Notes under the pieces: generated by a model
Told to the model about the DNA's origin: nothing
The model's input: only the letters and a program-made list of their open reading frames with translations
The model's database searches: none
From: Candidatus Curtissbacteria bacterium RIFCSPLOWO2_02_41_11
Lineage (GTDB): Bacteria > Patescibacteriota > Microgenomatia > Curtissbacterales > GWA2-41-24
Assembly (NCBI GenBank): GCA_001775055.1
Contig: MFBU01000015.1
Location: 4,487 to 68,486 of the forward strand
Reading direction: 5' to 3'
DNA: 64,000 nucleotides
In this document: positions 45,699 to 56,171 of the stretch, in pieces
Layout: each line of letters begins with the position of its first letter
How positions within the stretch are numbered: position 1 is the stretch's first letter
Made by a program: the position numbers and the translations under genes

Positions 45699-47318
45699 TT
45701 ATTGAGGCAATTGTGCGGAAATTGGCAAAGGGATCTTTTTGGATTTTGATTCTGATTTTTTGACAAATATTGCTTTGGTGTAAGGAGTTCTTTGGTATTC
45801 CGGATCAAAGAGGTGCATATCAAATGGGTTGTGGTAGTCAAGACAACCGGTGCAGTGGGATGCATGCAATTGGTCAACGGACATATTTAAAGATGCGGCC
45901 AGACCCTTAAGGCTTAAATAATATAAGGAAGCTACCTTCAAATCTTTGCCGATTTCTGCCTCACTCATCACTTGATATTTACCAGTCTTATCCTTTCTAA
46001 CGGCTCCGAGTTCATCACGAGAGCCGATATTTACACCCAAAAAACACGGATGCACAAAGCGCGGAGCCAAAAAGCGGCAGTGAATTTGGGAAACGCCAAT
46101 TTTAAGCAAATGCTCTACTAAAATCTTGTAAGTGTTAAGTCGAACACCGGTATCATCAACCAGATAAATAGATTTGCCGATTATTGATGGGGAAATGAAG
46201 AATTTTTTTTCGATGTGTTTGGTGCGCAAATATGGATCGTCTTCGATAAATGTCCTTTTGGCATAATCGTATCGTTCTTTGACTAACCCTCTGATATAAG
46301 AAAGTTTTGGCGCAAGCTTAGTGATCTTTTTTGACAAAACTTCCCAAAAGGCATGGGCTCCGGGTCTGGCTGTATCTGGCACGGCCACTACATAATCAAT
46401 ATTTTTGACCATTTCTTTTTTAATCTCGCCTTCTTTAATACGTTCTATTTCCTCAATAGCCAACTGTCGTCCTAAGTTTTCCCGGTTGTCGCCGATAACG
46501 CCGTCCCAGCTTGACGTTTCGTGAGAAAAATATAATTTTTCAAAGACACAAAAGCTTGGTTTTTGCGCTTGGGAATAATTAGAAATTGAAACACCATTTT
46601 CGTCAGCAATTAAGAGTTGGCCTGCTTCAAGTTTCTGACTGTGGCGAATAGAGATTCTATCCAAAGCGCAGGTTTCGGAAGCAACAAAAACATGGCCGTT
46701 GTCCTGACTCCAAACAAGGGGTCTTACCCCCCAAGGATCACGTAGTGCCATTAATTTATCGTCGCCGGTGACCATGACCAGGGAATAAGCGCCTTTGACA
46801 TCAACTAACGCATTGGCAATCTTCTGTTTCCAACTGGCACCTGGTGCGATTGCAATTAGCCAAGTTAAAATTTCAGAGTCGGAATCCGACTCGGTTTTGA
46901 TACCAAGTTTGGAGAGCTTTTTGCGGTGACTTTTAACATCAACAATGTTGCCGTTGTGGCCTAGTGCCAGTTCCCAACCTTTATAGGAGGCGTAGAAAGG
47001 CTGGGCATCACAATGCAGTCTGCCGGCACCCTCTGTGGGGTAACGAAGGTGAGCAATTGCCACCTCACCGCGAAGCGAATTTTCTTCAACTACATTAACT
47101 GAGCGGAAAATTTCGTTAAAGGCCCGGGCTTTTTTGTAAACCTTGAGCATTCTACCGCTAGGTTTAACCGCAACCCCTCCCCCATTCTGGCCACGGTGCT
47201 GCAGGGCCTTACCCATTTCAATAACAATGTTGGTAACATTAACTTTGGAACCAGCCCAAACACCGGCTAACCCACAATTTTCACGAAGCTTGTCAGGTAG
47301 TTTAAAATTTGCTGCCAC
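45699..47318 (-). CDS. purF: Amidophosphoribosyltransferase (divergent)
   Basis: ENCGLAG, LQHRGQ, HLRYPT, HNGN, DSDSE, RDPWGVRPL, ASET, CVFE, VPD, VDD.GVR, CTGC. Likely start GTG 47318, downstream of TTGAAA-17-CATACT; the track start is 47411. Confidence 0.85.
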   Translation of the reverse strand: MAANFKLPDKLRENCGLAGVWAGSKVNVTNIVIEMGKALQHRGQNGGGVAVKPSGRMLKVYKKARAFNEIFRSVNVVEENSLRGEVAIAHLRYPTEGAGRLHCDAQPFYASYKGWELALGHNGNIVDVKSHRKKLSKLGIKTESDSDSEILTWLIAIAPGASWKQKIANALVDVKGAYSLVMVTGDDKLMALRDPWGVRPLVWSQDNGHVFVASETCALDRISIRHSQKLEAGQLLIADENGVSISNYSQAQKPSFCVFEKLYFSHETSSWDGVIGDNRENLGRQLAIEEIERIKEGEIKKEMVKNIDYVVAVPDTARPGAHAFWEVLSKKITKLAPKLSYIRGLVKERYDYAKRTFIEDDPYLRTKHIEKKFFISPSIIGKSIYLVDDTGVRLNTYKILVEHLLKIGVSQIHCRFLAPRFVHPCFLGVNIGSRDELGAVRKDKTGKYQVMSEAEIGKDLKVASLYYLSLKGLAASLNMSVDQLHASHCTGCLDYHNPFDMHLFDPEYQRTPYTKAIFVKKSESKSKKIPLPISAQLPQ

Positions 47319-47486
47319 TGGGTTTGAAGTTTGCTTTTCCCTTGTCCTTAGTATGAACTCTAGCGATATTTTTTTCAACCCTAAAAGGTGTATTCCGTGG
47401 GGTTTAAACAATGGGGAACAAAATTAAACGATCGTTAAAAAATGTACCCTCTCATAAGAAGGGTTGTCAGACTTAGCTTAATTAAA

Positions 47487-48788
47487 TTAGGAAAATTTTT
47501 CCTCTAAGGTTTTAGCAAGTTTATCGATTTTGACTCTTTCCTGCTTCGTTGTATCACGATCGCGGATGGTAACTGTGTCATCTTCAAGAGTCTGGAAGTC
47601 GATGGTGATGCAGAATGGAGTACCGATTTCGTCTTGTGCATAGTAGCGCTTGCCGATATTGCCGCGATCGTCCCAAGCAACAGGAAGTAGTTGGTAGTTG
47701 GTAGTAAGTAGTTGGTAGATTGAACGGGCTTTTTTGACCAGATCGGGTTTGTTGGCAAGAAGCGGGAAAACGGCAATTTTAACCGGTGCCAGTTTCGGAT
47801 GAAGTTTTAAGACAATCCGATCCTTTTCCTCATGATAGGCATCAATTAAAAATGCGGTCATGGCTCTGCCTACTCCAACCGATGGTTCTATCACATACGG
47901 CACCATTTTTTTGCCTTTTTCCTCATCAAAATATGATAAATCTTGGCCACTTGCTTTGGCGTGGGCCGTAAGATCAAAGTCTGTACGATTGGCTATTCCC
48001 TCCAACTCCCCCCACTCCATGAAGGGCCAGTTGTATTCTATATCCACCGATCGAGTTGCATAATGGGCTCTTTCTGTTTCTTTGTGCTCGCGAAAGCGCA
48101 AATTTTGTTTCTTGATTCCCAGACTTATAAACCAATTCATTCTCTCCTTTTGCCAATAATCGAAGTCTTTTTCGGATTGATCTTTAAAGATAAAGTACTC
48201 CAATTCCATCATTTCAAATTCACGAACTCTGAATAAGAAATTGCCGGTGGTAATTTCGTTTCGAAAGCCTTTGCCGATTTGGGCAATTCCGAAAGGGAGT
48301 TTGACTCGCATGGTATCAACAACATTTCTGAAGTTGACAAAAATTCCTTGGGCAGTTTCCGGCCGCAGATAAGTTTCGGATGCTTTGTCTTCAACTGGAC
48401 CGATGTGAGTTTTGAACATTAGATTGAACATTTGTGGCTTTGTCCAGTTATTTTTGCCACAATTTGGGCACTTTTTATCTTTCGGCAAAATATCTTCCCG
48501 GAAACGCAAATGGCAATTTTTGCACTCAGTAAGAGGATCGGCAAAACTTTCGACATGACCGGAAGTCTGCCAAACCTTTTGATTCATTAAAATGCTGCTA
48601 TCTAAACCAACAATGTTGTCGCGTTTTCTGACAATGTTTTCCCACCAAGCAGTCTTGATATTGCCGGCGAGTTCAACCCCAAGTGGTCCTAAATCGTAGA
48701 TGCCACCAATACCGCCATAGATTTCGGATCCTGGAAAAACAAAGCCGCGACGCTTAGTTAGAGAAACTATTTTTTCAAGAGTTGTCAT
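47487..48788 (-). CDS. glyQS: Glycine--tRNA ligase (alpha2, eukaryote-like type)
   Basis: RRGFVFPGSEIYGG, YLRPETAQGIF, FRNEIT, ELEGIANR, IEPSVG, IGKRY..QDEIGTP. Confidence 0.97.
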   Translation of the reverse strand: MTTLEKIVSLTKRRGFVFPGSEIYGGIGGIYDLGPLGVELAGNIKTAWWENIVRKRDNIVGLDSSILMNQKVWQTSGHVESFADPLTECKNCHLRFREDILPKDKKCPNCGKNNWTKPQMFNLMFKTHIGPVEDKASETYLRPETAQGIFVNFRNVVDTMRVKLPFGIAQIGKGFRNEITTGNFLFRVREFEMMELEYFIFKDQSEKDFDYWQKERMNWFISLGIKKQNLRFREHKETERAHYATRSVDIEYNWPFMEWGELEGIANRTDFDLTAHAKASGQDLSYFDEEKGKKMVPYVIEPSVGVGRAMTAFLIDAYHEEKDRIVLKLHPKLAPVKIAVFPLLANKPDLVKKARSIYQLLTTNYQLLPVAWDDRGNIGKRYYAQDEIGTPFCITIDFQTLEDDTVTIRDRDTTKQERVKIDKLAKTLEEKFS

Positions 48789-49657
48789 TTTGAAGAAACA
48801 ACTACAAAAGTTGCAAAGGAGTTAACTTTGGCAGAAACGGTCTTGGAGTTTGCATCGTAACTTGAGTCAAGTTTAGTCCATTTGGAATCGGTATGATTAT
48901 AGCTATAGAGTTGGAAACTTTTGGCGTCTTGGGTAAATTTAATTAAAAGATCAGCAGACTTTGTAAACTGGGGGGCGACAGAAAAAGAGCCATAAACCGG
49001 GAAGACTACATTGGCAATATCGAATTGGCCGTTTGCCGGCGCGCCAACAGTATCTGAAATAATCACAAAATAATTTTTACCCAAGGGGGGAACTGTCAAT
49101 TGGAAGTTATCTGACCTGTCTTTAAAAGTTGTTGAGCTTGTTGCCGATTGCTCAAGGTCCCAATTCGTTTCTGACTGATATTCGGTTTCCCCTTTAAATA
49201 AATGCATTGTCAGTATGCCGTCAGTAACACCCTTATCAGGACTTCTTGTTCCCTTTGATGCCGTTCCCAAAAGAATTGACTTTTTGTACTTTTGTTCCTT
49301 GGTATTAACATCCGTACCTGTTGAACCACGCTGAATTTTTTCACCGGCAATCTGCGGATTATCGGCCAAATAAGTTAGTTCATATTCAATTCGGTCAAAA
49401 GATGACATGTTTTCAATGGAAATTAAAATCTCCGCACCGTCTGAAGTTGGCGTTAATGTCACAAAAGGCCGTTTGTTAAGATCGATTTCACTAAGCTCTT
49501 TGACCTCACCGGAAACTTCTTGGGGTTTAACTGTTTTTGGCCCTTTTTGAAAAATAAAAAGGAAATAGACTGCAACCACTATTGCAATAAATGCAACAGC
49601 GGCAATGAGGTAAATGTTTCGTTTAGCTGGATCCATATGATCACCCCATCGAGTCAA
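48785..49657 (-). CDS. Membrane-anchored hypothetical protein
   Basis: N-terminal TM and a beta-rich extracellular part. Confidence 0.75.
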   Translation of the reverse strand: MTRWGDHMDPAKRNIYLIAAVAFIAIVVAVYFLFIFQKGPKTVKPQEVSGEVKELSEIDLNKRPFVTLTPTSDGAEILISIENMSSFDRIEYELTYLADNPQIAGEKIQRGSTGTDVNTKEQKYKKSILLGTASKGTRSPDKGVTDGILTMHLFKGETEYQSETNWDLEQSATSSTTFKDRSDNFQLTVPPLGKNYFVIISDTVGAPANGQFDIANVVFPVYGSFSVAPQFTKSADLLIKFTQDAKSFQLYSYNHTDSKWTKLDSSYDANSKTVSAKVNSFATFVVVSSK

Positions 49658-49682
49658 GCTCGATAGGAACCCCGATAAAAAG

Positions 49683-50309
49683 TTACCTTAAAAACCTCGA
49701 GGTCTTTAATTTTGTTTGTGTCAGGTTTTCAATCATGCTATCAAGAAATGATAAAAGTTTCAAATAGGCGGATTCTTTAAAATTAAACTTCTCCTTAATG
49801 ATATCAAAATCTTCATTTTCGATAGTTACGAAGATACTTTTAGCCACAGAATCTTTGAGGTTTTTAGCACTGAAAAAGCCGAGAGTTGACAAAAGTTTTA
49901 CTTTAAAAACCAAAGAGACTAAATTGAAATCTTCACCAGTTGCAATTTTTTTAAGAAACCTAACTAAAAGTATAAAAACGCCGGGATTTTTTTGTTTTAT
50001 TTCGGTAAGGCTTTCAACAAGCTCCAAAAGATGATAAATTTTATTGGCTTTAGTGGCAGTAAAATCAGTAATGCCGAATGCCTTTTTGGTTTCAACTTCC
50101 GTTAACAGATCAATATTCTTGCCGCGTGCTATAAATAATTTGCACCAGTTACCGATTTCGACATGACCGCCTTTCCGGGATTTTGGCCGACGGACTCCTT
50201 TGGCCAATGCGGTAAGTTTCCCGTGATCGCGAGTAAAAATGGTCAGGATTCTATCAGCCTCGCCAAAGTTGCGGCGAGATAGCACTACTCCTTCGGTGCG
50301 AAAATACAT
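49683..50309 (-). CDS. recO: DNA repair protein RecO
   Basis: TEGVVL...FGEADRILTIFTRDHGKL..LAKGVRRPKSR. Confidence 0.93.
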   Translation of the reverse strand: MYFRTEGVVLSRRNFGEADRILTIFTRDHGKLTALAKGVRRPKSRKGGHVEIGNWCKLFIARGKNIDLLTEVETKKAFGITDFTATKANKIYHLLELVESLTEIKQKNPGVFILLVRFLKKIATGEDFNLVSLVFKVKLLSTLGFFSAKNLKDSVAKSIFVTIENEDFDIIKEKFNFKESAYLKLLSFLDSMIENLTQTKLKTSRFLR

Positions 50310-50370
50310 GCAACTCTAGTATCGAGTATTAAGTATTTAGTATCAAGCATTTGAGAAGATTAAATTTGGC

Positions 50371-50456
50371 GATATCAGCAGTTCGCCATTTGTCAAACGC
50401 AGGGCGCTCCTCTGCTAAATCATGCAATGATTTATATCAGACAAAGTGCTGATATA
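50371..50456. repeat. ATATCAG hairpin family elements
   Basis: ATATCAGCAGTTCGCC...GGCGCTCCTCTG and TATATCAG-ACAAAGTG-CTGATATA. Confidence 0.65.
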
Positions 50457-50464
50457 TTTTTATG

Positions 50465-52291
50465 CTAAAGCTTAAAAATTAACTCTTTATCGGTTTCGAG
50501 AGGAAAGGCTTTTTGTTTTTTACCAAAGGCTTCGACTTCGTAGGTATGGCCTTTGACACCCGGCTGTTTTTGGATGAGAAGTTTGTACTGGTCATTAACC
50601 TTGACGGGAACAGTATATTCAAGCTCAATTTTGGCGGTGCCTTCAGGTCTAATTGTAAAGAAACCTTCAAAAACTGTTTTGCCAAGATCTTCACCTGCCG
50701 TGATTGGTACCTCGGTACCTGATGATTTAACCAGTTTGGAGCCTTTGGGGACATAAATCCTGATCCAGTCTCGATAAATTCCAGCAAGACACAAGCCTCC
50801 TATTCGCTCAAGGCTGCAATTATCACCGCGTCTTGGATACTTATATTCAATGGTGACTTTTTTGGCAAGATTGCCGTCTTTATCTTCTTTAACCACTTGC
50901 TTAACTTTTTCCTGAATGTAGAGATTGGATTTAGCTCCGGCAAAATTAGTTTCGTTGATGTGTAAATAGTCACCATCATACTCACTGAGACGACCAGCGA
51001 AGTTTAACTTCTCAACCGCTTGCTGACTCGAGCTGCTATGGAAATAAAGAAGTAAATGTTTTTCTCTTAAAGCGGTAATGGTGGTACCTAGTAAATTGGG
51101 CCAGGTTGATTTGGGGGCATTGAAAGCTTTATCCATCATTTGTTGCATTAAAACTCCAATAATATCTTTTCGGGAGCCTTTTTCATAAGCGACTGGTTGA
51201 TCAGCAAATTTCTCCAGTTCGTAGATAATTTGTGGACAAGCACAATCTTCAACCTCATCGGTGGTGAATTTGCTGCCATAAGCATCGATTGGTCCTAAAA
51301 CTTTCATCATCGAAAGGACAAATTCAGTATCAAGAGCAATAATCCCATCAATTTCTTTATTAGCTTGAGTGGCATCATAAAGTTGTTCAAATTGTTTCAT
51401 CGAAACTAAATAATCAGGAGACAGATTCGAATCTCGAAGATTCAAGCTTGAAACATTAGGTAAATATTTGACGATAGGCTCCGGAGCCGGTACGCGTTTT
51501 AGCAAAGTATCGTCAAGACGATAAATATCTTCCGAACCTTCGGAGGCGATAACTCCTTTTTGGACCCTAAAAACAGCATAAGCGGTTATAAAACCGCCTG
51601 TCGGTCTAAGTTCTTTGTCATTTTGGAACAGAATTAAGTATTTCTTCTCAGTACTTTGGCCCATAATTTCCGGTAAAACCAAAAGCAGCGGCTTGGTGTC
51701 AACAATAAATGATTCCAATTGATCAATGGAATTTTTAATATTTTTAATTTTTGATCCTGGCTTTGCGGGCAGGAAATCGGGATAACGCCATGACTGAATT
51801 TGATCAACTTGACTGCGAGCCTTTTTAAGGCTTTCACCGACCGCATCAATCTGAGGTGTAACTTTTGATAAAGTTTCAATAGCTTTAGCTAGTCTTTCTT
51901 GAGCAGTACCACCCAAAAACGTCCCTTGGCCTTTCAGGCCTAAGACGTCCGCGTATGGCGTAATTGCCTCGGTAAAGGTACTGGCAGCCTCAAGACCGTA
52001 AATTGCTCCGTCAATGCCTCTTTGAATATCGGCAACATACCAGCCAAAAAAGGGAATTATTCTTAGTGGCGTAAAAACCAATATCGACTTTTTGGCAGAC
52101 TGAAACTCGCGCTTAGCATCTTTCAGATAGGCCTTGGTAGCATCAAGATCCTGAAGTTTGGCAGCCCCGACAGCTTTGTTAGTTGTTCCAACGGCTTTTT
52201 TAACTGATAAAACAGTTTTTGTTGCCAGCAGTCCAAGAATTACGATTAAAATGATTAAGATTAGAACGATCCGCCTTTTCATAATTTTCAA
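50465..52291 (-). CDS. DUF4012 domain-containing protein
   Basis: YLILFQNDKELRPTGGFI, LRDSNLSPD, N..GAKSN, IQKQPG. Confidence 0.88.
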   Translation of the reverse strand: MKIMKRRIVLILIILIVILGLLATKTVLSVKKAVGTTNKAVGAAKLQDLDATKAYLKDAKREFQSAKKSILVFTPLRIIPFFGWYVADIQRGIDGAIYGLEAASTFTEAITPYADVLGLKGQGTFLGGTAQERLAKAIETLSKVTPQIDAVGESLKKARSQVDQIQSWRYPDFLPAKPGSKIKNIKNSIDQLESFIVDTKPLLLVLPEIMGQSTEKKYLILFQNDKELRPTGGFITAYAVFRVQKGVIASEGSEDIYRLDDTLLKRVPAPEPIVKYLPNVSSLNLRDSNLSPDYLVSMKQFEQLYDATQANKEIDGIIALDTEFVLSMMKVLGPIDAYGSKFTTDEVEDCACPQIIYELEKFADQPVAYEKGSRKDIIGVLMQQMMDKAFNAPKSTWPNLLGTTITALREKHLLLYFHSSSSQQAVEKLNFAGRLSEYDGDYLHINETNFAGAKSNLYIQEKVKQVVKEDKDGNLAKKVTIEYKYPRRGDNCSLERIGGLCLAGIYRDWIRIYVPKGSKLVKSSGTEVPITAGEDLGKTVFEGFFTIRPEGTAKIELEYTVPVKVNDQYKLLIQKQPGVKGHTYEVEAFGKKQKAFPLETDKELIFKL

Positions 52292-52347
52292 TTTTCAGTT
52301 TTCCCCGCTTCGCCAAGGCTTCGCAGGACGAGCAATTTTCAATTGAT

Positions 52348-52998
52348 TTAAATTGCTCCTTGAGTAGAAATCATCACAAACGGGGTTTTGATAATTATCC
52401 ATAGATCGTAAATAATTGAACGCCTTTTTATATACTTAGCATCCATTTCTACCCTCTTGTCGAAATTGATAAATGACCTGCCGGAAACTTGCCATGGACC
52501 AGAGGCGCCGGGTCTGGCTTTTGAAATAATTTTAACGTATTTGCGACTCGCCGGATAGACCTTCTGCTGGTGAATAAGCTCATCGTTCTGATAAGCTCTT
52601 GGTCCGACAAGTGACATATCTCCAATTAAAACATTAACAAGCTGCGGCAGCTCATCAAGGGAAAATTTTCTCAAGATTTTGCCAATTGGTGTAATTCTGG
52701 GATCGCGTGTCAATTTAAAACTGTTTTTTTGATACTGCCGCAAAAGTTTCGGATGACTTTCCAAATATTTTTCAGCATGAACAAGTTTGCCTTTTATTTT
52801 ATACATGTGCATACTTCTGAATTTAAGCATATTAAAAAGCTTACCTTCTTTGCCGACTCGCTCCGGCATGTAAAAAATCGGGCCGGTGGATGTCAATTTG
52901 ATAAGCATAGTAAGCAAAATCATTATTGGTGAAAAAATTACGAGAGCTACTAGGCTACCAAAAATATCAATAGTTCTCTTTGTAAGATCGTAAAACAT
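52348..52998 (-). CDS. Priming sugar transferase (Bac_transf family)
   Basis: KRTIDI, KFRSM, DPRITPIG..LRK.SLDELPQL.NVL.GDMSLVGPR. Confidence 0.93.
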   Translation of the reverse strand: MFYDLTKRTIDIFGSLVALVIFSPIMILLTMLIKLTSTGPIFYMPERVGKEGKLFNMLKFRSMHMYKIKGKLVHAEKYLESHPKLLRQYQKNSFKLTRDPRITPIGKILRKFSLDELPQLVNVLIGDMSLVGPRAYQNDELIHQQKVYPASRKYVKIISKARPGASGPWQVSGRSFINFDKRVEMDAKYIKRRSIIYDLWIIIKTPFVMISTQGAI

Positions 52999-53102
52999 AT
53001 CCTGAAAATTTCTAATGACTAATTAGACTAATTGACCTAAATTTGGGTAATTGCGACATTGGGATTTGTTTAGAAATTAGAATAATTAGAAATTAGGTTA
53101 AT

Positions 53103-54209
53103 TTACAAGTATTTGTCTTTTTTGGCTTCTTTTAACTTCTCAATAATTTTTTTAACATCGGCGACTCTATCTTTTTGGCAGACTAAAAGAGCATCCGGTG
53201 TATCAACAACTATTAGATCTTCCAAGCCGATCGTGGCCATAACCTTATTTTCACTCGTGTTGTATAACAGAGAGTTTTTACTTCCTTCGTCATAAACGTC
53301 TCCTTGAATAACATTGCCTTTCCCATTTTCAGCAAGTTCATCTTTTAAAATATTCCAAGCTCCTACATCTGACCAACCAAGATCTGCTGAAAGTACCACA
53401 ATTTCAGATGGATCGATTTTTTCGAATATTACGTAATCGACCATGACCTTTTCAAAAGTTGGGTAGACTTTGCGAACTACCTCATCTTGTTTATCTGTCC
53501 CCCATGCTTTTTGGATTTTGACAAGCCCTCCATAAATTTGGGGCGCGTGTGATTTGTAAAATAACATCATTTTTGATGCTCTCCAAACTTTGTACCCAGC
53601 ATGCCAGAGATATTCCCAACTTTGTAAGAATTTTTTAGCTGTTTTTAAATCCGGCTTTTCTATATGGCTTTCGAACTGAAAAATGGTAAGACCATCAAAT
53701 TTTTTAATCATTTTGCCAACTTTTATGTAACCTACGTGAATATTTGGGTACGTTGGATTAACGTCAACCGAAACCATTTTGTCAGTTTCTGCACAATAAT
53801 CTCGAGCAACTTTAAGAGCTTTAATGAATTCATCATCATTTTTAATCAGATGGTCTGCTGCCCAAAGTGAAGCGACAATAGGATCACCAAATTTTTTCTC
53901 CAAAACTGCTGCTGCATAACCTACAGCCGCAGCAGTATCGCGCATTTCAGGTTCGATGATTACATTTTCAAGTGGGAGATCCGGCTCCTGTTGCAAAACC
54001 AGACCAACGTATTGACGACCGGTAACAACAAAAACATCTTTTATTGGAAAACCCTTTTTTATTCTCCTAACAGCGCCCTGGAACATAGACTCGTTACCAA
54101 CAAGTGCTTGAAATTGTTTGGGTTTATCTTTACGACTCGCTGGCCACATTCTGGTGCCGCTGCCACCGCAAAACAGTGCAATTTTTAAATTACTTTCTTC
54201 TTTCACCAT
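53103..54209 (-). CDS. manC: Mannose-1-phosphate guanylyltransferase
   Basis: GGSGTRMWP.SR...PKQF, EP..RDTA, ADH, EKP, WSDVGAW. Confidence 0.92.
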   Translation of the reverse strand: MVKEESNLKIALFCGGSGTRMWPASRKDKPKQFQALVGNESMFQGAVRRIKKGFPIKDVFVVTGRQYVGLVLQQEPDLPLENVIIEPEMRDTAAAVGYAAAVLEKKFGDPIVASLWAADHLIKNDDEFIKALKVARDYCAETDKMVSVDVNPTYPNIHVGYIKVGKMIKKFDGLTIFQFESHIEKPDLKTAKKFLQSWEYLWHAGYKVWRASKMMLFYKSHAPQIYGGLVKIQKAWGTDKQDEVVRKVYPTFEKVMVDYVIFEKIDPSEIVVLSADLGWSDVGAWNILKDELAENGKGNVIQGDVYDEGSKNSLLYNTSENKVMATIGLEDLIVVDTPDALLVCQKDRVADVKKIIEKLKEAKKDKYL

Positions 54210-55329
54210 ATGATGCCACTTTCTCTCTCAACTGTCTGACAAAATTAACTCTTGAAAATCTTAAGGCATTTTGCCGACAGGTGTGACTTTTCCATTTTAC
54301 CTTAGTTTGTCTGTTAATTGCATCTTGAATAGACATGGGAGATTGATTGTTAAACAAGATGCCGGTTTTACCATTTTCAATAATCTCTGAAACTCCGCTT
54401 GTTTGATAAGCAATAACCGGTACGCCGCATGCCCCAGCTTCAACTGCCGCAATACCAAAATCCTCCTGTTGGGTAACAATTAGCCCACGGGAATTTTGAT
54501 AGAGCTCGCGAAGTTTCTCTTTAGTAACTTTACCGAGAAACTCAATTTTGTAGTTGGTAGTTGGTAGTTGGTAGTTGGTAGTTAATTTCTTGAGTCTGGT
54601 CTTATCCAGACCTGTTCCCACAATCTTGAGATTAAAATTAAGGTTTTGGGTGGCTCGAATAGCAATATCGATTTTTTTCCATTTAACTAATCGTGAGACT
54701 ACCAGATAATAATTTTGGCTTTTAAGTCTCCAATTGTGAACTTTGGCGATCTTGAAAAAGTTTAAATCCGCAAATGGGTAAATTACATCTGATTGATAAC
54801 CGTAGTGTTTTTTAAGATTTTGGGCGATATTTTGGGAATTGGCAATGTAATGATCGACTCGAGATGACGAGGCCAGATCCCATTTCTTAAGCCAGGCCAA
54901 AAATGGTTTCAGGATTAATCTGAGAATTGGCGGTAAATAATCTCTCTGGACTTTTTCATTCCACAAAAATCTCGGGAGACTATTAAGATAGCATATGTGG
55001 ACAGTTTTTGGTTTAGTGATTATTGATTTGGCAAAACGGGTAGTTGAGGAGATAACAATATCAAATTCATCAAAATTAAAACTTTCAAAGGCTAAAGGAT
55101 ATAGAGGTAAAAGGACTTTGTAGAACTTGGTCGCTAAGGGGATTTTTTGGATGAATGAGGGTCGGACCCTATTTCTGTTTATTGTGGCGGGCAATTTATT
55201 CCAGTCAACAACTGATGTGTAGATCGGGGCATCCGGCCAAATTGAAGCAATGGTCGCAAACAAACTTTCCGCTCCTCCAGCTTGCACGAAGTCATCGTGT
55301 ACTAACGCTATTTTAGGTTGATAGGACAT
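54190..55329 (-). CDS. Glycosyltransferase family 4
   Basis: KIALVHDDF...GGAE, SRLVKWK, EDFGIAAVEA. Confidence 0.92.
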   Translation of the reverse strand: MSYQPKIALVHDDFVQAGGAESLFATIASIWPDAPIYTSVVDWNKLPATINRNRVRPSFIQKIPLATKFYKVLLPLYPLAFESFNFDEFDIVISSTTRFAKSIITKPKTVHICYLNSLPRFLWNEKVQRDYLPPILRLILKPFLAWLKKWDLASSSRVDHYIANSQNIAQNLKKHYGYQSDVIYPFADLNFFKIAKVHNWRLKSQNYYLVVSRLVKWKKIDIAIRATQNLNFNLKIVGTGLDKTRLKKLTTNYQLPTTNYKIEFLGKVTKEKLRELYQNSRGLIVTQQEDFGIAAVEAGACGVPVIAYQTSGVSEIIENGKTGILFNNQSPMSIQDAINRQTKVKWKSHTCRQNALRFSRVNFVRQLREKVASYGERRK

Positions 55330-55416
55330 TATAATCGACTAATTTTGAACTGTAATTTCTGTAAAAATGATGGGTTAATTATAGCAGTGAAATTTATTTG
55401 ATGTATAATATATTCT

Positions 55417-55614
55417 ATGGCTATAGACTGGACAAAGATATTCAAAAAGTATAAGGGAATGTGGGTAGCGCTGAAAGATGATGAAAAAACTGTTGTGGCT
55501 AGTGGAAAAACAGCCAAAGAGGCTTGGGAAAAAGCTCAAAAAAAAGGCTTCAGAAAACCTATTCTAACCCGTATGCCCGCAAAGATAATTCCTTATGTGG
55601 GTTTCGGGCTATGA
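55417..55614 (+). CDS. DUF5678-like protein
   Basis: KYKGMWVAL....VVASGKT..EA..KA; overlaps the start of the aspartyl protease gene. Confidence 0.8.
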   Translation: MAIDWTKIFKKYKGMWVALKDDEKTVVASGKTAKEAWEKAQKKGFRKPILTRMPAKIIPYVGFGL

Positions 55615-56006
55615 AATTTAAATACAAGAAATATGGCCCGTACGTTCTTCGACCTGTAATCCCAGTAGAAATAATTTATAAAGATAAGTCTGTTCCATAT
55701 GAGGTACTAGTAGATTCTGGTTCTGACATTAATATTCTTGACGCTCAAATCGCTGGTGTTTTGGGTTTAAATTTATACGACGGTAAACAAGCTGAAGTTG
55801 CTGGTGTGACTGGTGTTGAAGAAGTTTTTTATGTGCATGAGCTTGGTATAAATGTTGGTGGGCATTTATTTGAGAAAATAGAAATAGGGTTTCTCGAGAA
55901 AATTGGGCAGTATGGATATGGAATTGTTGGTCAAAAAGGGTTCTTCGATATTTTTGTAGTGAAATTTGATTTGAAAAAAGAAGAGATTGAACTAAAACTT
56001 CGATAA
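55611..56006 (+). CDS. Retropepsin-like aspartyl protease
   Basis: RPVIPV, LVDSGS, GIVGQKGFF; start ATG 55611. Confidence 0.85.
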   Translation: MKFKYKKYGPYVLRPVIPVEIIYKDKSVPYEVLVDSGSDINILDAQIAGVLGLNLYDGKQAEVAGVTGVEEVFYVHELGINVGGHLFEKIEIGFLEKIGQYGYGIVGQKGFFDIFVVKFDLKKEEIELKLR

Positions 56007-56138
56007 CTGCTCTTGGACCCTTGTAGTCAGAAGTTCGAATTCAATTTCTTGTCTTATCTTCTGCTTCGCTTTCGTGTCAGTTTGTTTCCATTTTTTATGA
56101 GGTTTGCAGAGTCCGCAAGTTGATTTTCTTCTGACCAT
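55992..56138 (-). CDS. Small basic protein with CxxCKPHK motif (48 aa), not in ORF track
   Basis: MVRRKSTCGLCKPHKKWKQTDTKAKQKIRQEIEFELLTTRVQEQLSKF*; TGtTATACT 8 nt upstream. Confidence 0.6.
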   Translation of the reverse strand: MVRRKSTCGLCKPHKKWKQTDTKAKQKIRQEIEFELLTTRVQEQLSKF

Positions 56139-56171
56139 AGGGAATAAGTATAACATGCTAAAATGACTCCT

